Below the pieces are notes generated by a model. That model was not told the DNA's origin. It worked only from the letters and a program-made list of their open reading frames with translations, and ran no database searches. Made by a program: the position numbers and the translations under genes. 64,000 bases of DNA from Polyangiaceae bacterium (GTDB lineage Bacteria; Myxococcota_A; Polyangia; Polyangiales; Polyangiaceae): contig JANRKO010000080.1 of NCBI GenBank assembly GCA_033763455.1, positions 30,939-94,938 on the forward strand. The letters run 5' to 3'. Each line of letters opens with the position of its first letter. Position 1 is the first letter of the stretch. Positions 9,389 through 18,474 of this stretch are shown piece by piece.

Positions 9389-12300
9389 CGATGCGGTTGA
9401 ACGCTCGTGTTGCCCGCCACCTGTTCGTGAGTTTGGTCTTTATTGTAGGCTGGCTTACGTCGCAGCGTGCGAACGCCTGGGACGCTCTCGCCTGGGGTGT
9501 GCCGCAGCAGGTGCGCGTGTTTCGCTGGGAGGATGCACGCATGCCTGCCATGCTACTGCGAAGCGTCGATCCACTGGTGGATGCCGAGCTGTTGGATCAA
9601 GAGCTTTTGCTCTCTCCAGTGAAACCGGGGCAAGAGGTGCGTATCTTTGGTGATCCGGTTGAAGTTGGCCTCGGAAGTGGTAGTCGAGACTTACCAGACG
9701 TGATCACCTGGCAAGCTCCCGGGGCGTGGTTGCGGCGAGTTGCTGCAGGTGTGCATGAGCTCAGAGTCCCCACCTATGAGAGTGCGCGTTGGGTGGTCGT
9801 GCGCTCGCCATACCCGAAAACCAGAGTACGCTTGGAGGTCGCTTTGCCGGAGGTCAGCAATATCCTCTGGTACCGTGCAGAAGAGAATGTGTGGCGCATG
9901 CTCGAAGGCGGACCCGTGCCAACGCTTTTGGGACCTCTAGCATCGCACCAGAGCGAAATACGCTTTCTCGACGCGGCGCGCCGAGCATTCCCCGAAGGCG
10001 TGGGCAGGGAGTTCCTGCAGAGCCATTGGCTCGAATTCGCGTGGCAGGAAAGGGGATTGGGGCGACCCTACTTCGTGTCGGCACAGGTGGGCCCTGCGCC
10101 GGCGCCGGTGCCGTTGTTGCAGCAAGCGAGCGCACCATGGGTCCCGCAGCCCGATGGCTCCTGGGTCACTTCGCTGACTGAGGGGCACACCGCAGCAGTG
10201 CATTCCGATGAGGCCGAGGTCGTAACGCTCTTCGTCCGCGCCCACGCAGTAGGTCAGATCCGGATCGTCGTCCGCCAAGGCGCGGGGCTCGTCGCTGTCA
10301 TGAAGCAGGACATTGCCAGGAATGCAGAAGATCCCGCGAGGCTGACTCCAGCGACAAGATTTCGGTTGCCGATGGCTCCTGGTACGCCAATTTCGATCCA
10401 AGTTCAGCGAGGAACTGCGGAGCTCAGCATTTCGGGGTACCGAGCGCGGCCAAGCATCACTGACGGCACTCCGATACGGCAACGCACCGAGCTCCTGCGA
10501 TTGGGCATGCGGGGCAAAGGGGCTTCAGCCGCAGAGCGTGTGGCGCGTGTTCTCTCTAAGCTAGCGCTGTGTCGTTGCCCAGAAGCGGTAGAGGAAGGGC
10601 AAGAGCTGCTAACCATAACAACCGGAAAGGTACGGGCGTTGGTCCTGTTTGAGCTGATCTATCAGGGGATTGGCTTGGTGGATGTGAATGTGCTCCTGCC
10701 GCAATTTTGGAAGGCGACGGCCGGGCTCGAGGAAACTGACCGCTTAGCATTTCGGCGACAACTCTTGCAGCGTCTCACGGAGGTCGATGCTGAGCCCCTA
10801 CAGGTGGAGCATCTGGAGGATGTGGCGATTCGCTCCGGTTTTGTCGAAACCGAAGCACTGAGTGAAGACGCGTTCGCCACCGCGGCACTGGCCGAGATGA
10901 TCGCCGTTCCTCGGGACGGTGCACGTCCGTGGTTCGCTGCAGCCGCAGAGGTGCGGGCGGCAGAGAGGCCCGAGCGGGCGGATCTTGTCGAGCTCGGACG
11001 TCGCTCTTGGTTTCGCACGGCGCCATGGTCGTGGATCGATCCAAGCGGCAGCGAAACGATCTCCAGGGTGCGCAATGTATATGGGGCTCGCCCCGAAGAG
11101 CTCTGCGAGAGCCAAGGAGATCGCGGCCCGCGCTGGCTCAGGCTAAGCCATACGCCAGAACCCCTCGCGATAAGAGCCGATAGTGGCACCCATGCGCGCG
11201 TGCTGCTGCGGAGCGAGGCGGAGGTTCCGGCAGCGGACACAAGCGTGCAGGTGGGCGCTACTCAGATTCATGTTCACGCGGGTATAGGCCTTTACTCAAG
11301 CATGGGGCTTGCACCCGGCACACACGAAATTCATGTCCAAAGTGGCCCGGACATCCTCGCCCAGCTTCCACTTGCCCAGCCGGTGCCGTGCGGGAGGTTG
11401 CGTGAGATTGAGCGTTGGGTTCCCATACGCCAGAGCGTGCACTTCGCGATCACCCGCGGTGAGGTGGGTACGGTCGGTAGGCTCCTTCTAGATCTAGATC
11501 AGGCCAACCCCAAATTCGGCGAAGTCGAGGTGCGTGTACAGAACGAAGTGCACCGTGCGTGGGCGCGTGCACCTGCAACAGGAGCCGTGGAGTTTCCGCT
11601 GCCGAAGGATGTTGAGGCGTTTGAGGTTCGGTCTGGCGAACCAGTCCTCGTGCGTGCTCTCCAGCGATTGCACAAGATGCCAAAGGCCCAAGCTCCGCGG
11701 GCACTTGCCAAGCTTGACGTCCCCTTGAACGAACCCGAGCTCCTGGCTCAGGTTCGGCGGAGCACGCGTGCCCTTGGCACCTCTAAGTCTGCCAAGGAGC
11801 GAGCTACCCTGCGTTTGGCTCGCGCGAAAGCTCTACAAGATCTAGGTTACTTGCGCCTCGCGGCGGTGGATCGAGTGCGCGCGAATCAGCCGGAATCCGA
11901 TACGGACCGGTCGGATGCCACAGCTGAGTGGTTGCTTCTTCCTCCGGGTAGTCCACCCGTGGTGGCGTTGAACCTCTTAGCTAAAATCCCGCCCCTACCG
12001 CTGCCAATTCCAAGCAAGACACTAGAGCTCGCGTTCCGGCAACGCCAGCTGGGCGCTCCTCCGGTCGATGTTATCTCCACGTTGGGCGCGTCCGCACAGT
12101 ACTCCAGTGCCGTGGACGCCTTGCTACTGGCTGTGCTTGCCGAACAGCTCGGACTGCTAGAGGTGTCGGCTTCGGCGTACGAGCGAATTGGCCACGCGCT
12201 GCGCTCGGGCCATGCGTTGGCTCACTCGGCAGAGCTGCGAGCAGATTTCGCCGAAAAAGAACAAAGCCTCGACCAAACGATGACCGCCTACATCACGGCA

Positions 12301-14214
12301 AGGCAAGCCGAGGCGTCGCTCGTGCCGGCGGGGGATGTTCTAGCGCGCATGGATCGCGCGATTGAGTGGGTAAACGTATCCGTTCAAGGGGCTGCGGGGG
12401 TTCGTTGGCTCGAAAACGAAGGCCGTGGCGATGGCAACACCACTCTTGGGGAACGCACGCGCAGAGCGCTGACGGACGCCCCAGCGGAAGCAACCAGCAG
12501 CGGGAAAGATCCCATTGAGATTAGCCTTTTGGGGATGAAATCGAGAAGTTTGAGAGTGCATTCCTTGTGCCACGCCAGCGATGGTCAAAACGAATACTGC
12601 AGTTTCCGCTTTGAAATAGATCATCGCCCTGTCGTTTGCGGCGCATCGCCCGTAGCCTCAAGTGCGCGGGACTTCGTTGCTCTCCCTACGGAGTGTGAAC
12701 TGACGGTTCCGGAGGGGGCAGCACGCTTAAGCGTGTTTCCGCCAGCGGACCGCGACGTCTTCGGGTGGATAAACGCGCAGGAGAAGACCGTTACGGGTTT
12801 TGCACCCTTGGTTCGAGCCACTCGGTGGACGGAGATCGACGTTCCTCGACCCATGGAGTTCCAGGTGGTTGGGCCAACGGTACTCAAGATCCAGACACGT
12901 GGTTTGATCCCAGGACCGCCAAGCTTTCGTGTGGACATAGTAGAGCCCGGTGGGCAGAGCTCAGAAGCCATGGAGCCAGTGTTGTCCTCCGCGGTAGATC
13001 CGGTGTCTGTATTGAGGGATGTGGGCTCGCAGGTGACCGTGGCTGGGCGACAATACGTAACGCTCCCACTCAAGGGACAATATCGCGTTCGTCTGTCCAC
13101 ACCGAGCGGGCGTATTTTGGCAAAGGTCGAAGCGGCTTTTGCCAAAGGCTTTCCGCGTGCGCGGACCGAGGATCCGAAGGAGGATGCTGCACCTGTCGTG
13201 CAGAGTGGCGCGGCTCCAGGGCCTGCAGTTTGGCCGGCGATTGGGCTGGATCCGAAGCCAGGAGCACTCACGTTAACAGCATTTTCGAAGTACATCGATG
13301 ACCGGCGCTTGCTCGACGAGGACGCTGTTTTACGCACGAATTACGCCGAGTTGGGTGTCGGCGCGGGGCGTGAAGTCATCGACGGAACGTTGTTGGGGGC
13401 AGTCTCCCTAGCTCGACGTTTTCGCGCCGGGAGCGACAGCACCCACGCACGTTCGAGTTGGTCACTCTCTTTGGGCAATGGCTTACCCGGTGCTTGGCTC
13501 GACACTTCCTTTACCGTCCAGCGATTGCAAGAATGGCGTTGGGGTGCGGCGCTGGGCACAGGCGTATCTTACGGCGTCCCAGTTACCGAGGACTTTAAAC
13601 TGATACCCGAACTAGCGCTCGCGTTGCGGAGAGTCGATGCAGGCGCCAGAGGTAACGGTGAAGTTGATTCGGATGTCTACTCCCCTTACGGCAGAACGCG
13701 GCCCGCGACGTACGACGCCATCCTGAGCGCGTTGCACCAGCCCTGGGTCGACGCGAAAATGAGTTACCGAGCTCGCGCACGGCTTTTGCCCTCATTCCAG
13801 GGGCTCGACCGCGTCGATGGCCGAGCGCGCTTCAACGCTCTCGTTTTGCGTGATTACTTTCCTTGGCTAGGTGCGGACTTGGAACTCAGCTACCGTCCCG
13901 TTTCACCATTGCGAACGCTGAGCTTTTGGCGTGCCGAGGTTAGCCCTGGGGCGTCGTTCTGGTGTTGGACGCATGCCTCGGGTCGCTTCGTACTGAGCGG
14001 ATTGTTGGCCTATTCTGAAGACTTCCCGCGCAGTAGGGGTCGCGGTCGAGAGTTGTCGGCTCAACTCGGACTTCGCTATGACATGACTTGGCTTCGCGGT
14101 CTCTCGGATTACAGCGCCGACGAGCGGCCTTTTCAAGACAGGCTTGAGGAAGGTTCAGCGCCACCTCGTCGGGGAGTTGCTCCGCGGGATCCGAACTGGA
14201 GCGAGCCGCCGTGA
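9385..14214 (+). CDS. Large secreted protein with helical (TPR-like) and beta-sandwich segments and a predicted C-terminal outer-membrane beta-barrel
   Basis: Signal peptide ending ANA-W; helical Ala/Leu/Arg-rich blocks; amphipathic beta-strand pattern from about 13260 to 14090; 4-nt overlaps with both neighbours. Confidence 0.7.
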   Translation: MTMRLNARVARHLFVSLVFIVGWLTSQRANAWDALAWGVPQQVRVFRWEDARMPAMLLRSVDPLVDAELLDQELLLSPVKPGQEVRIFGDPVEVGLGSGSRDLPDVITWQAPGAWLRRVAAGVHELRVPTYESARWVVVRSPYPKTRVRLEVALPEVSNILWYRAEENVWRMLEGGPVPTLLGPLASHQSEIRFLDAARRAFPEGVGREFLQSHWLEFAWQERGLGRPYFVSAQVGPAPAPVPLLQQASAPWVPQPDGSWVTSLTEGHTAAVHSDEAEVVTLFVRAHAVGQIRIVVRQGAGLVAVMKQDIARNAEDPARLTPATRFRLPMAPGTPISIQVQRGTAELSISGYRARPSITDGTPIRQRTELLRLGMRGKGASAAERVARVLSKLALCRCPEAVEEGQELLTITTGKVRALVLFELIYQGIGLVDVNVLLPQFWKATAGLEETDRLAFRRQLLQRLTEVDAEPLQVEHLEDVAIRSGFVETEALSEDAFATAALAEMIAVPRDGARPWFAAAAEVRAAERPERADLVELGRRSWFRTAPWSWIDPSGSETISRVRNVYGARPEELCESQGDRGPRWLRLSHTPEPLAIRADSGTHARVLLRSEAEVPAADTSVQVGATQIHVHAGIGLYSSMGLAPGTHEIHVQSGPDILAQLPLAQPVPCGRLREIERWVPIRQSVHFAITRGEVGTVGRLLLDLDQANPKFGEVEVRVQNEVHRAWARAPATGAVEFPLPKDVEAFEVRSGEPVLVRALQRLHKMPKAQAPRALAKLDVPLNEPELLAQVRRSTRALGTSKSAKERATLRLARAKALQDLGYLRLAAVDRVRANQPESDTDRSDATAEWLLLPPGSPPVVALNLLAKIPPLPLPIPSKTLELAFRQRQLGAPPVDVISTLGASAQYSSAVDALLLAVLAEQLGLLEVSASAYERIGHALRSGHALAHSAELRADFAEKEQSLDQTMTAYITARQAEASLVPAGDVLARMDRAIEWVNVSVQGAAGVRWLENEGRGDGNTTLGERTRRALTDAPAEATSSGKDPIEISLLGMKSRSLRVHSLCHASDGQNEYCSFRFEIDHRPVVCGASPVASSARDFVALPTECELTVPEGAARLSVFPPADRDVFGWINAQEKTVTGFAPLVRATRWTEIDVPRPMEFQVVGPTVLKIQTRGLIPGPPSFRVDIVEPGGQSSEAMEPVLSSAVDPVSVLRDVGSQVTVAGRQYVTLPLKGQYRVRLSTPSGRILAKVEAAFAKGFPRARTEDPKEDAAPVVQSGAAPGPAVWPAIGLDPKPGALTLTAFSKYIDDRRLLDEDAVLRTNYAELGVGAGREVIDGTLLGAVSLARRFRAGSDSTHARSSWSLSLGNGLPGAWLDTSFTVQRLQEWRWGAALGTGVSYGVPVTEDFKLIPELALALRRVDAGARGNGEVDSDVYSPYGRTRPATYDAILSALHQPWVDAKMSYRARARLLPSFQGLDRVDGRARFNALVLRDYFPWLGADLELSYRPVSPLRTLSFWRAEVSPGASFWCWTHASGRFVLSGLLAYSEDFPRSRGRGRELSAQLGLRYDMTWLRGLSDYSADERPFQDRLEEGSAPPRRGVAPRDPNWSEPP

Positions 14215-17200
14215 GCCTGGACGCGTTAGCTGAAGATCTGGCTCGGCGCCTCACGCCGCTATTGCCACTATTAGATGCTAGAGTGCGCCAGCCGGCGCTG
14301 TTGGCTGTCACCGGGCGCGCCGTGATGCTCAACCATGGCCACGTGGAAACCTCATCTAGGCTGCTCGTGGGTCTGGTTCGAGCCGCTGCCGAAGCTTGTT
14401 CTGCTTTGGCGCAACATAGGAAGCAACGAGAACAAATCATCCAAACGTACCATGGCAAGGAGAGCCCAGAGGAAAGGCGCCAGGTCATTACCGACGCGCT
14501 TCCGGCACTCGCATCCTCGCCCGCCCAGTTGGCCGCCGATCTAGCAGCTACGCGGCGAAACTTAGGTATCGAAGCCCTGATGGAGCGCCTACAAGAGCGC
14601 CTCTCCGATGACGTGGACCAGGTGGAAGTCGCCTACAAGGCAGCGCGCGCCGTCGTAGCGCTCATCTCAGCCGAGGCGCAGAGTCTTGCCGGACATGAAG
14701 TCGAGGCCCTTTTGGCCCTCGCATTCAAACACGTGTGCGCGAACCACCACGATGCCATATCGATTGTGGCTTTGGAGTTTACCGAAGCACTTCTCGGTAC
14801 TTTGCGAGCGAACGACCGCTTACTCGTGCTCACGCCGGATCGTTACACAGCTTTTCGCAAGCTCGCCTTAGAGCCGAACCTCAATCCATGGGTCCGCGTG
14901 GCAGCTCTGGGCGCATGTATTGTGGCGGCTCCGAAGCATGGCGTAGCGCTTCTCGAACAGGTACTCGATGACCGAACGGGTAGGGACGCCCAGATCCTGC
15001 GACATCGGGCGGTAAAACGCCTACTCGAGGTGGAACCAGAGAGGTCGCGGCTACTCGCCCTCATTCGGCAGATCCGAAGCGATCCGAGCGAACACGTGCG
15101 CCAAGGCCTCTGCTGGTTTCTGGCGCGAACGAACGATGGCGCACCAAATCTCGGAGCGCTGTGTCTGAGTGATCCGAGCCCGAGCGTACGTGGCTACGCG
15201 TTGCGCGAACTTTCTCGAAGTGCGGCGGCAAGCGGACAGGGCTTGGATGTCCTCTTGGCGACGGTTCTTGAACTACTGAAGAAGGCGGCAACCGGCACGG
15301 ACGCCCCCATCGTTCTGCGCGTCTTACTGGAAGAAATTACCCGGCACGCGACGGCATCGCCACGGGCCTTTCCGCTGACGCCTTTCGTGAAGCCTCTAGA
15401 GGCGCTACTTGCGGCGACGTCAGTCGCGAGCAGCCTCAAGGCCAACGTCGCTGAGCTGCTCCTCAAGCTTGAGATATACTCGGATGCCGAGTTGTTAGAT
15501 CTCTGTCGCGAGTTTGAGGCCCATCTTGAGGAGCTTGAGGAAGGGCAGAGCCGGATCGTGGATTTGCCGAGCCAGGCTTCCGAAGAGCAGGTGGAAAAGG
15601 CTCTTATGGTGGCCGGCAGGCATGATTTGTCTATTTCCGCTCGCTGGGCAGGCTCCGGAAGTCTCGTCATTATGCGCGGTGAGCCAAGAGGCTGGCGCCT
15701 TTGGCGGACGCTTTTCGAAGTCAGAACTCCGGCACCCGATAAACGCCAGGGGTATGCTCACTCCAAAGCACGGGTTCGGTTTGGTACCATCTACATTGCT
15801 CCTCGCGGCTTGGCTGAGGTAACGCCCACGCGGGTTCCTGGTGAACGCCAATGGTACCCGGACCTAGGCGGTTGGGGGGAATTTCTGCCGAGGGTCGATG
15901 ACCTCCTGTTCGTTTCTGGCCTGAGCGCACGCGCACGGCGAATCGTCACCGCATTTGGGACGTTGGTGATCTCCCCTCCCGTAAGTTTCTACAGAAGGCT
16001 CAAGAACTACTTTCAGCTCACCTTCCATTACGAGCGCTGGAGCCAGCTGCGCGAACGATCTCTCCGAGCAAAGCAGCCGGATGAGCGGCTTCAGTTTTCT
16101 GAGCACGTTGCCTCGTTGGGGTACACTGTCCGGCTATCTAATACCGAAAGCGAAGCCTCTGGTGTAAAGTGCGATAGGCGCCCAGCTCACGCTGAGCATT
16201 ACCTATCCTTGGCCCTGCCATTCTGGTTCGACGACTTGATCAACTCGGGGCTCTCGTCGTCCGGCAACAGTGCCTGGCATCTGGCGATTGTTATCTGGCT
16301 AGCATTTTGTGGAATGATCGTGCGTTCGGCATGGATTCGGCGAAATATCGAGCGGGCGCGGAGGCGCATACCCCTCAGGATCGGAGGTTGGGGTAGCCGA
16401 GGAAAGAGTGGCACCGAGCGGATCAAAGCCGCCCTGTTCCATGCCATGCGCTATGAAACAGTCGTAAAAACGACAGGCTGTGAGGCAATGTTCATTCATG
16501 CGCGGCGTGATCAGCCCGCGCGCGAGATGTTTGTCTACCGACCGTACGACAAGGCAACCATTTGGGAACAGCGCAATGTGCTTGAGACGGCTTCGCGCCT
16601 CAAGGCGCAGGTGTTCTTATGGGAGTGCATGGCCTTGCAACCTGTATTTGTGCGTCAGCTCATGCTCGATTGGATGCAAGATAAGCTGGCTACGCTCACC
16701 AACGCCTATCCAGATCACGAAGACATCATGGGCCCCTCAGGGGAAGATGTAGCGCGGGTGATTGCGAGCTTTATGCCCGAAAATGGCGTTGCCTTCACCG
16801 CGGAAGACCAAATGTTTCCGATCATTGCCGATTCGGCACGGCGCCGCCATACCGAGCTTCACACGGTGACCGACACGGATGCGCAACTCTTGCCTAAAGA
16901 TCTGCTCGATCGCTTCCCCTATCAGGAGCACCCAAAGAACATCGCACTCGTTTTGGCGCTGGCTGCCCATCTCGGAGTTGAGCCTGATTGGGCCATGGTA
17001 AAGATGGCTGATTACGTTGTTCCGGATCTGGGGGTGTTGAAAACTTATCCGGAAATCGTCGTCAGAAATCGAAAGATGAAGTTCTCTAACGGCATGAGCG
17101 CCAACGAACGTGCGGGGTTTCTGTCCAACTGGCAGCGGCTTGGTTTTGATGTTTTGGACGCGGAAAATCAGCCTGAAATCGTCAGTGTGGCCGTTGTGAA

Positions 17201-18473
17201 CAACCGAGCTGACCGGGTGCCGCGCTCACGGGTGTTCGCTGAGCTCCTGGTAAAAGATGCCGCGTGCGACGTCATTGTTCTTATCAATTCAAATTTGATC
17301 GCGATGCGACGGTTCCTTCTGGAGAATGTTGCGCAGGTAACCCTTGGCGTCGCGTTTCAGGCCACAGGAGGCCCTGCGGCCGTCGCCCAGGCAACCTCGG
17401 TATTAGACGAGCTTTGGCAGAGGTTCCGCATTCTGAATAAGCGTTCGGTGGTTCGACGCAAGTTGGAGCTTATTGTTCTCGCGAGCGGCCTCGACATTGC
17501 TCTCGTTGAAAAGCTCTGTGAAAAACTCGATGAAGTGTCGGTGCCCGAGATCGAGGGCCTCGTGCGTGCGGCGAGTCCGGCGGCTCCGCCAGGTTCGGAG
17601 GCGCTGGACCCAAGTGTTCCATCTTCGCTCCCAAGTGACGAAGACACGCTTCGTCACATCGTCCAAATGGTGGAGTCTTATCAGATCGCCGTGCAGGCGC
17701 GGCAGGCCGTTCTTTCGGCCGTTGAACAAGGTCAAGCTGGGCAAGCGCGACGAAAGCTGGATGAGGCGCTTTTGAAGCTTCTAGAGCGGCGAATTTGCGT
17801 TCTCATGGACGTGCGCGCCAATGGCGATCAGGTAATCGACTTCATCGCCGACCAGGTGCCTCCCGGGCACCGTGCACATTTGCTTGGGTGCCAGAACATC
17901 AAGGGAACCGGGCTTGATTTCGTCTATCGCTGGATCTCTATGGAGCAGGTGTTTCGTACTCTGGAGGGCCTTCGGTCAGAGCCGGATCGGCGCGCGGACC
18001 ACTTGCAGGCACTCATCGAACACACTGACTACGGTTACTTCGATGCGCGGGACGCCCACGCACGGCTCTTAGAGTTGGCACACGACCCGGGGTTTGATGG
18101 CCTCCGGGCAGAGTTGAGCGTAGCGGAGCGGCACCTAGCCGGAGTTGTGGCTGCGCGCCTTGCCAAGCTCAAGGGGGGCTCGACAACAACACGGCTGAGC
18201 CAAGTACTCGGACACATCGAGCCCTGGTTCGACCACCTGGACTCCATCCATCGCACGCGGTTCGCTCAGCGCGTATTGCGCCAGCTTTGCGCACAGCAGA
18301 TCGGGCAGGGGCGCGCGGCAGAACTTCTGCGAGAGGTCACGGCACGTGGGAAAGGCGGGTGGCTGTACGCGATGGCCAAAAGTAGGCTGCCTCGGCTCAC
18401 CGCAAAAGGGGCCCCAAAAACAAGAGGGGCCCCAAAAGCAAAAGAGGCCCCGAAGAAGTCCGACCGAGGTTAA
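14211..18473 (+). CDS. pgsB: PGA synthase PgsB/CapB (Mur-ligase family) with an about 690-aa N-terminal HEAT-repeat extension
   Basis: GSRGKS P-loop (about 16392), KTTG, ECMALQP, DHEDIMGP, NGMSANE, NNRADRVPRS and GCQNIKG, in PgsB order. HEAT-like DPSEHVRQ and DPSPSVR repeats. TM at about 16272-16338. Confidence 0.9.
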   Translation: MSLDALAEDLARRLTPLLPLLDARVRQPALLAVTGRAVMLNHGHVETSSRLLVGLVRAAAEACSALAQHRKQREQIIQTYHGKESPEERRQVITDALPALASSPAQLAADLAATRRNLGIEALMERLQERLSDDVDQVEVAYKAARAVVALISAEAQSLAGHEVEALLALAFKHVCANHHDAISIVALEFTEALLGTLRANDRLLVLTPDRYTAFRKLALEPNLNPWVRVAALGACIVAAPKHGVALLEQVLDDRTGRDAQILRHRAVKRLLEVEPERSRLLALIRQIRSDPSEHVRQGLCWFLARTNDGAPNLGALCLSDPSPSVRGYALRELSRSAAASGQGLDVLLATVLELLKKAATGTDAPIVLRVLLEEITRHATASPRAFPLTPFVKPLEALLAATSVASSLKANVAELLLKLEIYSDAELLDLCREFEAHLEELEEGQSRIVDLPSQASEEQVEKALMVAGRHDLSISARWAGSGSLVIMRGEPRGWRLWRTLFEVRTPAPDKRQGYAHSKARVRFGTIYIAPRGLAEVTPTRVPGERQWYPDLGGWGEFLPRVDDLLFVSGLSARARRIVTAFGTLVISPPVSFYRRLKNYFQLTFHYERWSQLRERSLRAKQPDERLQFSEHVASLGYTVRLSNTESEASGVKCDRRPAHAEHYLSLALPFWFDDLINSGLSSSGNSAWHLAIVIWLAFCGMIVRSAWIRRNIERARRRIPLRIGGWGSRGKSGTERIKAALFHAMRYETVVKTTGCEAMFIHARRDQPAREMFVYRPYDKATIWEQRNVLETASRLKAQVFLWECMALQPVFVRQLMLDWMQDKLATLTNAYPDHEDIMGPSGEDVARVIASFMPENGVAFTAEDQMFPIIADSARRRHTELHTVTDTDAQLLPKDLLDRFPYQEHPKNIALVLALAAHLGVEPDWAMVKMADYVVPDLGVLKTYPEIVVRNRKMKFSNGMSANERAGFLSNWQRLGFDVLDAENQPEIVSVAVVNNRADRVPRSRVFAELLVKDAACDVIVLINSNLIAMRRFLLENVAQVTLGVAFQATGGPAAVAQATSVLDELWQRFRILNKRSVVRRKLELIVLASGLDIALVEKLCEKLDEVSVPEIEGLVRAASPAAPPGSEALDPSVPSSLPSDEDTLRHIVQMVESYQIAVQARQAVLSAVEQGQAGQARRKLDEALLKLLERRICVLMDVRANGDQVIDFIADQVPPGHRAHLLGCQNIKGTGLDFVYRWISMEQVFRTLEGLRSEPDRRADHLQALIEHTDYGYFDARDAHARLLELAHDPGFDGLRAELSVAERHLAGVVAARLAKLKGGSTTTRLSQVLGHIEPWFDHLDSIHRTRFAQRVLRQLCAQQIGQGRAAELLREVTARGKGGWLYAMAKSRLPRLTAKGAPKTRGAPKAKEAPKKSDRG

Positions 18474-18474
18474 C

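Noticed and set aside
18405..18460. Three near-identical A(G/A)GGCCCC-type repeats at the end of pgsB
   Set aside because: They encode a low-complexity APK tail; no sign of a separate element.
14211..18473. Cyanophycin synthetase or MurC-F/FolC assignment for the ligase
   Set aside because: No ATP-grasp domain is visible; the RGKS/KTTG/ECMA/RADR motifs and the PgsC partner fit PgsB/CapB.
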